A DNA stretch of 32,000 bases from Xanthomonas campestris pv. campestris str. ATCC 33913 (GCF_000007145.1 NC_003902.1:550325-582324); one strand, 5' to 3'; shown: positions 18,836-28,446, counted from the stretch's first letter. Notes: generated from the letters alone by a model not told the origin. A program made the numbers and translations.

Positions 18836-19414
18836 GTGCTCTTGATGCTAGATAACTACGACAGCTTCACCTACAACCTCGTGCAGTACCTGCAGGCCCT
18901 GGGCGCGGAGGTCACGGTGGTGCGCAACGATGCGATGAGCGTCGATCAGATCGCTGCGCTCAAGCCGGAGCGCATCGTGATCTCGCCCGGTCCGCGTACG
19001 CCGAACGAGGCTGGCATCTCGTTGCAGCTGATCGAGCAACTGGGCCAGACCACGCCGATCCTCGGTGTCTGCCTGGGGCACCAGAGCATCGGTCAGGTCT
19101 ATGGCGGCGATGTGATCCGCGCCAGCAACATCATGCATGGCAAGACCTCGCCGATCCGCCACCACGGCAAGGGCGTGTTCGCCGGTCTGCCGGACAGCTA
19201 CGAGGCCACGCGCTACCACTCGCTGGTGGTGGACAAGGCCACCTTGCCCGACGCGCTGGAAGTCACCGCGTGGACCGAAAATCCGGACGGCTCGATGGAA
19301 GAGATCATGGGCCTGCGCCATCGCCAGTTCCCGGTCGAAGGCGTGCAGTTTCATCCGGAGTCGATCCTCACCCAGCACGGCCATGCGTTGCTGAAGAATT
19401 TCCTGGAGCGCTGA
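18836..19414 (+). CDS. trpG: Anthranilate synthase component II (glutamine amidotransferase)
   Basis: [19 protein letters not shown] ..., a GVCLGHQ catalytic Cys, and HPES. The GTG start was chosen by N-terminal homology; an ATG at 18845 is the alternative. Confidence 0.9.
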   Translation: MLLMLDNYDSFTYNLVQYLQALGAEVTVVRNDAMSVDQIAALKPERIVISPGPRTPNEAGISLQLIEQLGQTTPILGVCLGHQSIGQVYGGDVIRASNIMHGKTSPIRHHGKGVFAGLPDSYEATRYHSLVVDKATLPDALEVTAWTENPDGSMEEIMGLRHRQFPVEGVQFHPESILTQHGHALLKNFLER

Positions 19415-19537
19415 GCGCTGCTGCCTGCGCCAACGCGCATGCAGCGCAGCACACATGCGCGCCGCAACGCACAGCTCTTCCCATCGCGGCGCCAACGCAT
19501 CCACTTCCCGCACTAGCACCGCAATGCCTGGACCACG

Positions 19538-20170
19538 ATGAACCAGCCCGCCGACACCTTCCATTTCTACGAGCCAGCCAACGGGCACGGGCTGCCGCAC
19601 GATCCGTTCAATGCCATCGTCGGCCCGCGACCGATCGGCTGGATCGGCTCGCGCAGCGTCGAGGGCATCGTCAACCTGGCGCCGTACAGTTTCTTCAACG
19701 CCTTCAACTACACCCCACCAATCGTCGGCTTCGCAAGCATTGGCTGGAAGGACAGCGTGCGCAACATCGAGTCCACCGGGGTGTTCACCTGGAATCTGGC
19801 CACCCGTCCGCTGGCCGAGGCGATGAATGCCAGCGCTGCGTTGGTGCCACAGGAGGTCGACGAGTTCGAGTTGGCCGGCCTGCAGGCCGCGCCGTCGCGG
19901 CTGATCGACGTGCCGCGTGTGGCGGCCAGCCCGGTGAGCTTCGAGTGCCGGCTCAGCCAGTTGATTCCGTTGCAGGCTGCCGATGGGCAGCCCATCCAGA
20001 CCTGGCTGGTGCTGGGCGAAGTGGTCGGCGTGCATCTGGCGCACGCGGCGCTGAGCGATGGCATTTACGATCCGGCCGCGGTGCACACCATCCTGCGCGC
20101 CGGTGGCCCGGCCGATTATTTCGAAGTGCAGGCGCAGGCGCGGTTTCGCATGCGGCGCCCGGGGCAGTGA
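19538..20170 (+). CDS. Flavin reductase-like (FMN-binding split-barrel) protein
   Basis: NLAPYSFFNAF ... PPIVGF and the overall length and pattern fit flavin reductase domain proteins. It is inserted between trpG and trpD. Confidence 0.75.
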   Translation: MNQPADTFHFYEPANGHGLPHDPFNAIVGPRPIGWIGSRSVEGIVNLAPYSFFNAFNYTPPIVGFASIGWKDSVRNIESTGVFTWNLATRPLAEAMNASAALVPQEVDEFELAGLQAAPSRLIDVPRVAASPVSFECRLSQLIPLQAADGQPIQTWLVLGEVVGVHLAHAALSDGIYDPAAVHTILRAGGPADYFEVQAQARFRMRRPGQ

Positions 20171-20294
20171 CCAGCGGGTGGCACTGATTCGGTCCTGTGC
20201 ATGCAGGCGTACGCACGCGGCTTGCTCGGTCACGCTGGCCCCGCACACTGCGCGCATCGCCTGATGTCTTTCTTCTTACTCCACGGTTGATTCC

Positions 20295-21332
20295 ATGCCC
20301 ATCACCCCACAACAAGCCCTGCAACGCACCATCGAGCACCGCGAGATCTTCCATGACGAAATGGTCGATCTGATGCGGCAGATCATGCGCGGCGAGGTGT
20401 CCGATGCCATGGTCTCTGCCATCCTGACCGGCTTGCGGGTCAAGAAGGAAACCATTGGCGAGATCGCCGGTGCGGCCACGGTGATGCGCGAGTTCTCGCG
20501 CCGCGTGGAGGTCACCGATCGCCGCCACATGGTCGATATCGTCGGCACCGGCGGCGACGGTTCGCACACCTTCAACATTTCAACCTGCGCCATGTTCGTG
20601 GCCGCTGCCGGCGGCGCAAAAGTCGCAAAACACGGTAACCGCAGCGTGTCGTCCAAGTCGGGCAGTGCCGACGCATTGGAGGCGTTGGGCGCGGTGATCG
20701 AATTGCAGCCCGAGCAGGTGGCTGCATCGCTGGCGCAGACCGGCATCGGTTTCATGTACGCACCCGTGCATCACCCGGCGATGAAAGTGGTGGCACCGGT
20801 GCGCCGCGAGATGGGCGTGCGCACCATCTTCAATATTCTCGGCCCGCTGACCAATCCCGCCGGTTCGCCAAACATCTTGATGGGCGTGTTCCATCCGGAT
20901 CTGGTGGGCATCCAGGCGCGCGTGCTGCAGGAACTGGGTGCCGAGCGCGCGCTGGTGGTGTGGGGCCGCGATGGCATGGACGAACTCTCGCTGGGTGCCG
21001 GCACCCTGGTTGGCGAGTTGCGCGACGGGCAGGTACACGAATACGAGGTGCATCCGGAGGATTTCGGCATTGCCATGTCGGCCAGCCGCAACCTCAAGGT
21101 GGCCGATGCCGCCGAGTCGCGCGCCATGCTGTTGCAGGTGCTCGACAACGTGCCCGGCCCGGCGCTGGACATCGTGGCGCTCAACGCCGGCGCGGCGCTG
21201 TACGTGGCCGGCGTGGCCGACAGCATCGCCGATGGCATCGTGCGCGCCCGCCAGGTGCTCGCCGATGGCTCGGCACGTGCCTGTCTGGACGCCTATGTCG
21301 CCTTCACGCAGCAGGCCACCGCACAAGGCTGA
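20295..21332 (+). CDS. trpD: Anthranilate phosphoribosyltransferase
   Basis: [38 protein letters not shown] and [10 protein letters not shown] are classic TrpD motifs. Confidence 0.93.
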   Translation: MPITPQQALQRTIEHREIFHDEMVDLMRQIMRGEVSDAMVSAILTGLRVKKETIGEIAGAATVMREFSRRVEVTDRRHMVDIVGTGGDGSHTFNISTCAMFVAAAGGAKVAKHGNRSVSSKSGSADALEALGAVIELQPEQVAASLAQTGIGFMYAPVHHPAMKVVAPVRREMGVRTIFNILGPLTNPAGSPNILMGVFHPDLVGIQARVLQELGAERALVVWGRDGMDELSLGAGTLVGELRDGQVHEYEVHPEDFGIAMSASRNLKVADAAESRAMLLQVLDNVPGPALDIVALNAGAALYVAGVADSIADGIVRARQVLADGSARACLDAYVAFTQQATAQG

Positions 21333-21455
21333 TTCCCGTGTCCGGCCACGCTGGCCGGCACCCTCACGGCGGCGCTGGCATGCTGCGCTGCGCGCGCAGG
21401 TCAGGTCGCCGCCATGATCTTGACCGATAATGCCCGCCCGCCAGGACCCGACACG

Positions 21456-22253
21456 ATGAGCGATATTCTCAACACCATCCTTGCCCGCAAGGCCGACGAA
21501 ATCGCCGAGCGCAGCGCACGCGTGCCGCTGGCCGAGCTGGTCGCGCGTAGCGCAGACCTGCCGCTCACCCGCGGATTTGCCGCCGCCATGAAGGCCAGCA
21601 TTGCCGCCGGCGAGCCAGCCGTGATTGCCGAAGTAAAGAAGGCCAGCCCGTCCAAGGGCGTGATCCGGCCCGACTTCCATCCGGCTGACATCGCGGTCAG
21701 CTACGAGTTCGGTGGTGCCAGCTGCCTGTCGGTGCTGACCGACATGTATTTCTTCCAGGGCTCCGATGCGTATCTGCAGCAGGCACGCGAGGCCTGCACC
21801 TTGCCGGTGCTGCGCAAGGATTTCACCGTCGATCCGTACCAGGTCTACGAGGCGCGCGTGCTGGGCGCCGACTGCATCCTGCTGATCGTCTCGGCGCTGG
21901 AGGACCAGCAACTGGCCGACCTGTCCGGTCTGGCGATGCAGTTGGGCCTGGATGTGCTGGTGGAAGTGCACGACATCGACGAGCTCGAGCGTGCGGTGCA
22001 GGTGCCGGTGCCGCTGGTGGGCATCAACAACCGCAACCTGCGCACCTTCGAGGTGTCGTTGCAGACCACCCTGGACATGCGCGCAGCTGTGCCGCGTGAT
22101 CGCGTCCTGGTCACCGAAAGCGGCATCGTCACCGCATCCGACGTGCAGTTGATGCGCAGCAACGGCGTGAACGCGTTTCTGGTCGGCGAGACCTTCATGC
22201 GCGCGCCCGAACCCGGCGAAGCACTGCGTCAGCTATTCTTTGCGCATGACTGA
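21456..22253 (+). CDS. trpC: Indole-3-glycerol-phosphate synthase
   Basis: [16 protein letters not shown] ..., [34 protein letters not shown]. The internal ATG at 21456 was preferred over the track start at 21414. Confidence 0.9.
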   Translation: MSDILNTILARKADEIAERSARVPLAELVARSADLPLTRGFAAAMKASIAAGEPAVIAEVKKASPSKGVIRPDFHPADIAVSYEFGGASCLSVLTDMYFFQGSDAYLQQAREACTLPVLRKDFTVDPYQVYEARVLGADCILLIVSALEDQQLADLSGLAMQLGLDVLVEVHDIDELERAVQVPVPLVGINNRNLRTFEVSLQTTLDMRAAVPRDRVLVTESGIVTASDVQLMRSNGVNAFLVGETFMRAPEPGEALRQLFFAHD

Positions 22254-22962
22254 GTCGTATCCCGCCCCGCGCGAGGACGCACCGCTGGTGGTCTTCGACT
22301 TCGATCACACCCTGTACGACGGCGATTCCGGCAGCCATCTGTTTGCCTGGCTGATCCGCCGCAACCCGTTGCGCCTGCTGGTGGCGCTGTTGGCCTCGCC
22401 GATCCTGGGGCCCATGGTGGCGATGCTGCCCATGCGTCGGCGCGGCGTGTCCGGCTATGTCTGGATCGCCACCTTCGGCCTGCACCGTGCACGCGAGTTC
22501 AATCGCTTCATCGACGCCTACGTGCTCAAGCATGAAGCGCAGATCCGGCAGCGGCTGCTGCCGCATGCATTGAAGGTCTTCACCGAACACCGCGCCGCAG
22601 GCGACCGGGTAGTGGTGGCGACCGGTGCGCCGCCGGAGTTGGCACGCGCAATCCTGGGATTCGTTGCGCATCAGGACGTGCCGGTGATCGGCACCTTGGT
22701 GGGCCCGCGCCTGGGTGCAGTGACCGCACGCCGCCACTGCCACAACGAAGAAAAGATGCGCATGCTGCGCGAACGCGGCTATGCCGATATCGCTATTGCC
22801 TATTCGGACAGCACCGCGGATCTGCCGTTGCTCAAGGCCGCGCGCGCACCGGTCGTGGTCAACCCCAAGGCCAATCGCGAGAGCCTGTTCCGCCAGGTAC
22901 TGCCCGCCGGCACCCCGATTCTCAACTGGGGCTGTCGCGATCGCGGTGGCAAGGCGCTCTAA
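22246..22962 (+). CDS. HAD-IB family hydrolase (phosphoserine-phosphatase-like)
   Basis: DxDxT motif ([12 protein letters not shown]) and a C-terminal [10 protein letters not shown] motif. The start overlaps the trpC 3' end by 8 nt (TTG at 22240 is the alternative). Confidence 0.75.
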   Translation: MTESYPAPREDAPLVVFDFDHTLYDGDSGSHLFAWLIRRNPLRLLVALLASPILGPMVAMLPMRRRGVSGYVWIATFGLHRAREFNRFIDAYVLKHEAQIRQRLLPHALKVFTEHRAAGDRVVVATGAPPELARAILGFVAHQDVPVIGTLVGPRLGAVTARRHCHNEEKMRMLRERGYADIAIAYSDSTADLPLLKAARAPVVVNPKANRESLFRQVLPAGTPILNWGCRDRGGKAL

Positions 22963-23260
22963 CCGCGCCGATCGCCAGCAGCCGGTACGCGCTTGGTGAT
23001 CACTATGGAAAGATTCGCTGCGGTCATTCGGTGATCTCGCCCGCGAGAACATGGATCACGCTCGAACCCCTGCAAGCGGATAACGCAACAACCGTGACGC
23101 AGTCGATGCGCAGTAGCTGCCGTACATCACCCACAGCTCCTGCAAAGCAATGTTGCGATCTGTGGACTGGGTCGCGCTACGGATGGGTTCGCTAAGGCGA
23201 TATGCAGCGCTCTGGCGCAGCGTTTGGCCGGTTTTGCGCCGGCGCCACCGGTATCGCGAA

Positions 23261-23289
23261 GCGATCGGTGCGCCAGCGCACCGATCGCC
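23261..23289 (-). terminator. Perfect 13-bp GC-rich hairpin 10 nt downstream of the clp stop (probable terminator or mRNA 3' stabiliser)
   Basis: GCGATCGGTGCGC-CAG-GCGCACCGATCGC read directly from the sequence. There is no clear U-tract on the minus strand. Confidence 0.45.
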
Positions 23290-23298
23290 ACCCCACGC

Positions 23299-23991
23299 TT
23301 AGCGCGTGCCGTACAACACGACGGTCTTGCCGCGTGCATGCAACAGGCCATCGGCCTGCAATTTCTTCAGGACGCGTCCGGCCATTTCGCGCGAGCAGCC
23401 GACCAGGCGCGCGAGTTCCTGCCGCGAGACGCGCAACTGCGTACCCTGCGGATGGCTCATCGCCTCCGGCTCCTTCGACAGATCGTGCAGCGTGCGCACG
23501 ATGCGATCGGTCACATCCAGGAACGCCAGGCGGCTGGCTTTCCTTGTGGTATCGAGCAGGCGTTTTGAAAGCTGAACGCCAATGGCGTACAGGATTCGCG
23601 GCGCATCCGGCGACAAACTCGTCTGAAACAGCTGCTGCAGGCGCTCGTAGCTGATTTCAGCCAACTCGCATTGCGTGCGGGTGCGCAGGATCACTTCGCG
23701 CGTATCGGATTCGATGAACAACCCCATCTCACCAACGAACTCGCCGCTACCGAAGTAGCCCAGCACCAACTCACGATCGTCATCTTCCTCGGCAATGATG
23801 CTCACCGAGCCGCTGATCACGTAGTAGAGGGTGCCAGCGGGGTCTCCCGGCCGGAACACATCGGTCCGGGTCGGATAGCGCCTGCGGTGGCTGTGCGCCA
23901 GGAATCGCTCAATGGTGCCCGCGTCCAGCGTCAGTGAGGGGGTAGCGTTACGTACCGTCGTAGTCACAACCGTCGTGTTCCCTAGGCTCAT
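23299..23991 (-). CDS. clp: CRP-like global regulator Clp (cyclic-nucleotide-binding domain plus HTH; c-di-GMP-responsive in Xanthomonas)
   Basis: 230 aa. MSLGNTTVVTTTVRNATPSLTLDAGTIERFLAHSHRRRYP ... matches Xanthomonas Clp as I remember it. It has a CRP/FNR fold and a C-terminal HTH (RQELARLVGCSREMAGRVLKKL). Confidence 0.95.
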   Translation of the reverse strand: MSLGNTTVVTTTVRNATPSLTLDAGTIERFLAHSHRRRYPTRTDVFRPGDPAGTLYYVISGSVSIIAEEDDDRELVLGYFGSGEFVGEMGLFIESDTREVILRTRTQCELAEISYERLQQLFQTSLSPDAPRILYAIGVQLSKRLLDTTRKASRLAFLDVTDRIVRTLHDLSKEPEAMSHPQGTQLRVSRQELARLVGCSREMAGRVLKKLQADGLLHARGKTVVLYGTR

Positions 23992-24128
23992 GGTAGTTCC
24001 GCGTGTAATTCCCGAAGCTTAACGGCATGAGTCATGCAAGGTAAACCATTCTCAACGCCGGCATTTCGTTGATGAGAGCTTTGGCCCATAATTGCCCCCT
24101 TTCCCGTCTTCCCAAAGGACCGACCGCC

Positions 24129-24923
24129 GTGGTCAAGCCGTTGCCTCGTCTGAGGCTGCAGGGGTTCAATAACCTCACCAAGGCGTTGAGCTTCAACATC
24201 TACGACGTCTGCTATGCACGTACCGAAGAGGAGCGTCAGCGCTACATCGAGTACATCGACGAGCAGTACGATGCGGACCGTCTGACCCAGATCCTGACGG
24301 ATGTGGCCGAAATCATCGGCGCCAACATCCTCAATATCGCGCGTCAGGATTACGATCCACAAGGTGCGTCGGTGACGATCCTGATCTCGGAAGAGCCGGT
24401 GATCGACAAGAAGCAGGCCGGCAAGGAGCTCATCTCCGACGCCGTGGTTGCGCATATGGACAAGAGCCATATCACTGTCCATACATACCCAGAGACGCAT
24501 CCCCAGGAAGGCATCGCCACCTTCCGTGCCGATATCGATGTCGCCACGTGCGGCGTGATTTCGCCGCTGAAGGCGTTGAACTACCTGATCGAGAGTCTTG
24601 AGTCCGACATCGTGATCATGGACTACCGCGTCCGTGGCTTTACCCGCGATGTGAAGGGCAAGAAGCACTACATCGATCACAAGATCAACTCGATCCAGCA
24701 CTTCCTCGCCAAGAACGTGAAGTCGCGCTACGAGATGTTCGACGTCAACGTCTACCAGGAAAATATCTTCCACACGAAGATGCATCTGAAAGATTTCGAC
24801 CTGGATCAGTACCTGTTCGAAGAGCGTGCGAAGAACCTTTCGTTCAAGGAGCGCATGAAGATCGAAACGCTGCTCAAGCGCGAGATCGAAGAACTGTTCC
24901 ACGGCCGCAATCTGAGCGAATAA
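24129..24923 (+). CDS. speD: S-adenosylmethionine decarboxylase proenzyme (E. coli-type)
   Basis: [55 protein letters not shown] and [15 protein letters not shown] are colinear with E. coli SpeD. The GTG at 24129 gives 264 aa, the E. coli length. The track start at 24069 is the alternative. Confidence 0.9.
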
Positions 24924-24975
24924 GCGTAGTTTCGACCGTTGCGTACCTGCTTGCAGTTGCGCAACCACATGACAC

Positions 24976-25026
24976 GGCGGGACGGCCCGCCACGCGATGA
25001 CCTCGCGTTCCATAGCCGACGGCGGC
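24976..25026 (+). ncRNA. Candidate guanidine-II (mini-ykkC) riboswitch aptamer: two ACGG-loop hairpins
   Basis: Hairpin 1 is GGCGGG-ACGG-CCCGCC (24976-24991). Hairpin 2 is GCCG-ACGG-CGGC (25015-25026). They are separated by a 23-nt linker and lie directly upstream of an SMR/SugE (Gdx) gene, which is the canonical genomic context of this class. Confidence 0.6.
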
Positions 25027-25057
25027 CCGGTGTGCAGACACCGGGTCGCTTTTTTTT
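25022..25057 (+). terminator. Rho-independent terminator (likely riboswitch expression platform; could also terminate speD)
   Basis: Core stem CCCGGTGT-GCAG-ACACCGGG is extendable to 12 bp (25022-25049) and is followed by T8 (25050-25057). The 5' base of the stem overlaps the 3' half of ACGG hairpin 2. Confidence 0.75.
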
Positions 25058-25085
25058 GTCCGTTTTTTCTGTGAGGAGTGATGTG

Positions 25086-25400
25086 ATGCCCTGGATCTAT
25101 CTGGTGTTGGCCGGCCTGTTCGAAATCGGCTTTGCCCTGGGACTCAAATACAGCGACGGCTTCAGCCGCCTGTGGCCGAGCGTGCTGACGATCGGCCTGG
25201 CCGGCGTGAGTCTGTGGTTCCTGACCCAGGCGCTGAAGACCATCCCGGTGGGCACCGGCTACGCCATCTGGACCGGCATCGGCGCGCTGGGCGTGACCAT
25301 CGCCGGGATCGCGCTGTTTGGCGACAGCGCCTCGTGGTCGCGGCTGGCCTGCATTGGCTTGATCGTGGCCGGCGTGATCGGTCTGAAGCTGGTGTCGTAG
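25086..25400 (+). CDS. sugE: SMR-family small multidrug resistance protein SugE/Gdx (guanidinium exporter type)
   Basis: 104 aa with four hydrophobic segments. [23 protein letters not shown] carries the conserved membrane Glu. GGAG lies 9 nt upstream of the ATG. The track ORF is over-extended upstream. Confidence 0.88.
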   Translation: MPWIYLVLAGLFEIGFALGLKYSDGFSRLWPSVLTIGLAGVSLWFLTQALKTIPVGTGYAIWTGIGALGVTIAGIALFGDSASWSRLACIGLIVAGVIGLKLVS

Positions 25401-25670
25401 TTGTAGTCAGTCTGCTTCGCAGGCCTGCCTCCCGAGGTTTGCTGCGCAAACCTTGGGCCCACTCCGTCGCAGCCTATCCCCGCGCCTTTGGTGTGCCTCC
25501 CCAACAAAAGGGGGCTCTGCTTCAGTGGCGTGCGCCGAGGCATGCAGCGCGATTGGGTCAGGCGGCAGAGTCGTCGTCAGACACTCATACCGAAGTCGCC
25601 GTTGGCGTACGCGGCATGGCACGCGTCTCACTGTGCGATCTGCGTGGGGATGCACGCAAGATTCTGATCG

Positions 25671-25719
25671 CCAGCCGCCAGCCGCCAGCCGCCAGCCGCC
25701 AGCCGCCAATCCCCAATCC
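25671..25719. repeat. Heptanucleotide microsatellite: (CCAGCCG)x5 then (CCAATCC)x2
   Basis: Read directly from the sequence. It directly abuts the coq7 stop codon (25721-25723, minus strand). On the coq7 sense strand it reads G-rich: (GGATTGG)2(CGGCTGG)5. Confidence 0.95.
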
Positions 25720-25720
25720 C

Positions 25721-26374
25721 CTAGAAACGGTAGGCGATGGTCTTCATCAGCTTGGAGGCCAGGGCCATCGCGCTGGGGATCGGTGGCGGCAGGATGCGTG
25801 CGCCGGCCTGCTCGGCGTGATCGGCGTGGCGTGCTTCGTCGATCTTCATCACGCGCAGGATCGCGCGGCTGCGCTGGTCGGTCTCGGGCAGGGTCTCCAG
25901 GTGTTCGTCCAGATGGGCTTCCACCTGCCGTTCGGTTTCCACTACAAAGCCCAGGCTCCAGTCGTCGCCACGCAGCCCGGCGACAGCGCCGAGCGCATAG
26001 CTGCCGGCGTACCAGAGCGGGTTGAACAGGCTGGGGCGGCTCTCCAGCTCGCGCAGCCGGTCCGCGCACCAGGCCAGGTGGTCGGTCTCTTCCTGCGCGG
26101 CGGTGAGCAGATGCTGGCGGGTGTGGTCATCGCGCGCCACCGCGGCCTGGCCAAAATACAGGCCTTGCGCGCAGACCTCTCCGACGTGGTTGATCCGCAT
26201 CAGCCCGGCGGCGTGCTGGCGTTGCGCAGGCGCCAGGGCGGCATCGGGAGTGTCGCCGGCGGGATTGGGGCGCTCGGCCGGCGGATTGCCGAACACCGTG
26301 TCCAGCGCGCGCTGGGCTTCGACCAGCAGGCGGTCGAGCGGGCTGTGCAGTCGGGAAGGGGGGATCTGGGTCAT
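25721..26374 (-). CDS. coq7: Demethoxyubiquinone hydroxylase (Coq7 family di-iron carboxylate protein)
   Basis: [23 protein letters not shown] and [11 protein letters not shown] show the di-iron ExxH motifs. The internal ATG at 26374 gives 217 aa. The 416-aa track ORF is over-extended. Confidence 0.88.
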   Translation of the reverse strand: MTQIPPSRLHSPLDRLLVEAQRALDTVFGNPPAERPNPAGDTPDAALAPAQRQHAAGLMRINHVGEVCAQGLYFGQAAVARDDHTRQHLLTAAQEETDHLAWCADRLRELESRPSLFNPLWYAGSYALGAVAGLRGDDWSLGFVVETERQVEAHLDEHLETLPETDQRSRAILRVMKIDEARHADHAEQAGARILPPPIPSAMALASKLMKTIAYRF

Positions 26375-26436
26375 GTGGGGATTCTCGCCCCCGGCCGACG
26401 TGCTGCCAACCACTGCCGGCCATGTGAGGCCTCGAC

Positions 26437-26465
26437 TTGCGCCGCGGAGGGGCGTCCCGTACAAT
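26437..26465 (+). promoter_or_regulatory. Candidate sigma70 promoter for rplM-rpsI (TTGCGC-N17-TACAAT)
   Basis: Hexamers read from the sequence, about 90 nt upstream of the rplM ATG. There is no experimental support. Confidence 0.35.
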
Positions 26466-26557
26466 CCCGCCTCTTCTGTTTCGCCTTCACAACGCGTGGC
26501 AAAGTTCCAGCGGTCATTGCCGCTGCAATCCGCCCGACCACACTCAAGAGTTTTCTC

Positions 26558-26986
26558 ATGACTACGTTCACCGCCAAGTCCGAGACCGTCCAGCGCGACT
26601 GGTATCTCGTTGACGCCGCCGGCAAGACGCTCGGCCGTCTGTCCACCGAATTGGCTCGCCGCCTGCGCGGCAAGCACAAGCCTGTTTACACCCCCCACGT
26701 CGATACCGGCGATTACCTCGTGGTAATCAACGCAGAGAAGATCGTGGTCACGGGTAACAAGCTGAAAGACAAGAAGTATCACCGCTTCACCGGCTACATC
26801 GGTAACTTGAAGACCGAGAGCCTGGAGCAGGCGCTGCAGCGCCACCCGGAGCGCGTGATCGAAATCGCCGTCAAGGGCATGCTGCCGAAGGGCCCGCTGG
26901 GCCGCACCATGTACCGCAAGCTCAAGGTCTATTCGGGTGCCGAGCATCCGCACGCCGCTCAGCAGCCGCAAGTTCTGGATATCTAA
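26558..26986 (+). CDS. rplM: 50S ribosomal protein L13
   Basis: [42 protein letters not shown] ... is a canonical L13 sequence of 142 aa. Confidence 0.96.
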
Positions 26987-26988
26987 TC

Positions 26989-27381
26989 ATGGCTATCACG
27001 CAAAACTACGGCACTGGCCGCCGCAAGTCCTCCACCGCTCGCGTGTTCCTGCGCAAGGGTACCGGCAACATCACCGTCAACAACCGTCCGCTGGACGAGT
27101 TCTTTGGCCGTGAGACTGCGCGCATGATCGTGCGTCAGCCGCTGGAACTCACCAAGAACACCGAGAGCTTCGACATCCTGGTCACCGCCTCCGGCGGCGG
27201 CACCACCGGCCAGGCCGGTGCGATCCGTCTGGGCATCGCTCGTGCACTGGTCGAGTACGACGAAACCCTGAAGTCCGAGCTGCGCAAGGCTGGCTTCATG
27301 ACCCGTGACGCCCGTGAAGTCGAGCGTAAGAAGGTCGGTCTGCACAAGGCGCGTCGCGCGACCCAGTTCTCCAAGCGCTGA
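26989..27381 (+). CDS. rpsI: 30S ribosomal protein S9
   Basis: [15 protein letters not shown] ... [19 protein letters not shown] ... [17 protein letters not shown] is a canonical S9 sequence of 130 aa. Confidence 0.96.
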   Translation: MAITQNYGTGRRKSSTARVFLRKGTGNITVNNRPLDEFFGRETARMIVRQPLELTKNTESFDILVTASGGGTTGQAGAIRLGIARALVEYDETLKSELRKAGFMTRDAREVERKKVGLHKARRATQFSKR

Positions 27382-27421
27382 TCCATCGCGTTTGCTGCGT
27401 CCCGGTTCGCCGGGATGCTTC

Positions 27422-27456
27422 AAAAGCCCCGGCAATGCTGGGGCTTTTGTCGTTTT
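27422..27456 (+). terminator. Rho-independent terminator of rplM-rpsI
   Basis: AGCCCC-N9-GGGGCT stem followed by TTTTGTCGTTTT. It is preceded by a second small hairpin, CCCGG-TTCG-CCGGG, at about 27400-27414. Confidence 0.7.
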
Positions 27457-27689
27457 GGGCACGTCATTTCTTGTTCTGATGGCTCGTGGCGGTTGTATCG
27501 TGCGGTGTGGTGCTGGTTTGGCCTAACGATGGAGCGTTGGTTGCCTCCGTCATGCCCATTTGGACCTGTCTGCGGCTTGCCTTCTGTTCGACTGGGGGGT
27601 AGCGGCACCGGCGCCGTTTTGAGACTGATGCAGGCAAGTCACAAATCGCATGTGGCGAAGCGTGCCGCTCTGGGATAACGGTTCTTTCT

Positions 27690-27804
27690 GGTTGCCGGTG
27701 TTGCGGAAATCTTGACGAGGTCGCCGCTGTGGAGCGCGCGTGGGTGCGATGTTTGCGATGGGCGTTACCTGGAAAGCTTCGTCGCGCGCTAGCGCGCTCC
27801 TACA
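27690..27804. repeat. REP-like composite repeat, copy A (degenerate inverted arms ending ...AGCGCGCTCCTACA)
   Basis: Shares GGTTGCCGGTGTTG at its 5' end and GCGATGGG-N-TAC(C)TGGGAAAGCTTC-N-TCGCGCGC-N-AGCGCGCTCCTACA with copy B. It has a 10-nt internal duplication relative to B. Confidence 0.75.
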
Positions 27805-27917
27805 GATGCTTGCTTGGCCCGCACTTCCGCGCGTAGCAGCTGTAACGTGGTGGAGCACGTTGCAGCGCGGTCGTCGCGCACGAGCCGGGTGCTCTAGCCG
27901 CGTGCTGCGGGTTTTAT

Positions 27918-28023
27918 GGTTGCCGGTGTTGTGGCAGCCGTGCCCGCTTGCTTCGGTAGGAGCGCGCTTGAGCGCGATGGGGTTTACTGGGAAAGCTTCA
28001 TCGCGCGCGAGCGCGCTCCTACA
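27918..28023. repeat. REP-like composite repeat, copy B, with a 24-nt inverted repeat
   Basis: GTAGGAGCGCGCTTGAGCGCGATG (27957-27980) and CATCGCGCGCGAGCGCGCTCCTAC (27999-28022) form a long imperfect hairpin. Confidence 0.75.
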
Positions 28024-28161
28024 AAGTGCTTCCTCCGAAGTGCTTTCGCGCGTGTAAACACTTGCAACGCAGGCCTGCCGCGCGAGGCGATCTCGGTGAG
28101 GGCAGGTGTCGCTCCAGGCCAGCACGCTATCGTTTACGTGCAACGACGAGATGGCGCGCAA

Positions 28162-28191
28162 CAAAAAAGGCCCGATCGTTAGATCGGACCT
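28162..28191 (-). terminator. Rho-independent terminator of the tRNA-Met/tRNA-Gln transcription unit
   Basis: On the minus strand: AGGTCCGATC-TAAC-GATCGGGCCT (10 bp with one G-U pair) followed by TTTTTTG. Confidence 0.7.
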
Positions 28192-28199
28192 CTCGTGTT

Positions 28200-28274
28200 T
28201 GGCTGCCCCGGATGGATTCGAACCACCGAATGCCTGAGTCAGAGTCAGGTGCCTTACCGCTTGGCGACGGGGCA
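28200..28274 (-). tRNA. tRNA-Gln (anticodon CUG)
   Basis: Hand-folded cloverleaf. Acceptor TGCCCCG/CGGGGCA plus G-CCA, anticodon arm CCTGA-CTCTGAC-TCAGG, T-loop GGTTCGAATCC. It closely parallels E. coli tRNA-Gln. Confidence 0.9.
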
Positions 28275-28328
28275 ATATAAAACGTGTTGGTCCAAGAGTA
28301 TCGCACGCCTGTGAGGGCCTGAACACCT

Positions 28329-28405
28329 TGGTGGCTATGGGTGGACTCGAACCACCGACCCCAGCATTATGAGTGCTGTGCTCTAACCGGCTGAGCTACA
28401 TAGCC
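28329..28405 (-). tRNA. tRNA-Met, elongator type (anticodon CAU)
   Basis: GGCTATGTAGCTCAGCCGGTTAGAGCACAGCACTCATAATGCTGGGGTCGGTGGTTCGAGTCCACCCATAGCCACCA. It has a G1-C72 pair and resembles E. coli metT. A lysidine-modified tRNA-Ile2 identity cannot be fully excluded by eye. Confidence 0.88.
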
Positions 28406-28418
28406 TAGGGAACCGCCA

Positions 28419-28446
28419 ATTTTACGATGGGCGGAGATGTTGTCAA
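28419..28446 (-). promoter_or_regulatory. Near-consensus sigma70 promoter for the tRNA genes (TTGACA-N16-TAAAAT)
   Basis: On the minus strand the -10 hexamer ends 13 nt before the mature tRNA-Met 5' end, followed by a GC-rich discriminator (TGGCGG). Confidence 0.55.

Noticed and set aside
18848-20257. 469-aa minus-strand ORF across trpG and the flavin reductase gene
   Set aside because: It is antisense to two well-supported plus-strand genes and spans their intergenic region. It has no recognisable domains.
21338-21361. Hairpin GTG(T)CCGGCC-ACGCT-GGCCGGCAC between trpD and trpC, considered as a terminator or attenuator
   Set aside because: There is no U-tract, and trpC immediately downstream presumably needs co-transcription. 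It may be an mRNA-stabilising or REP-type hairpin, but I cannot support a regulatory call.
20580-21971. 463-aa minus-strand ORF across trpD/trpC
   Set aside because: It is antisense to trpD and trpC. This is a high-GC artefact.
25172-26986. 604-aa plus-strand ORF
   Set aside because: Only its last 142 codons are real (rplM). The upstream part runs through the sugE 3' end, the heptad repeat and antisense coq7. The rplM start at 26558 is supported by homology.
27550-28326. 258-aa minus-strand ORF
   Set aside because: It runs through tRNA-Gln, the tRNA terminator and both REP-like elements. The repeated CRSALARDEAF peptides are just translated repeats.
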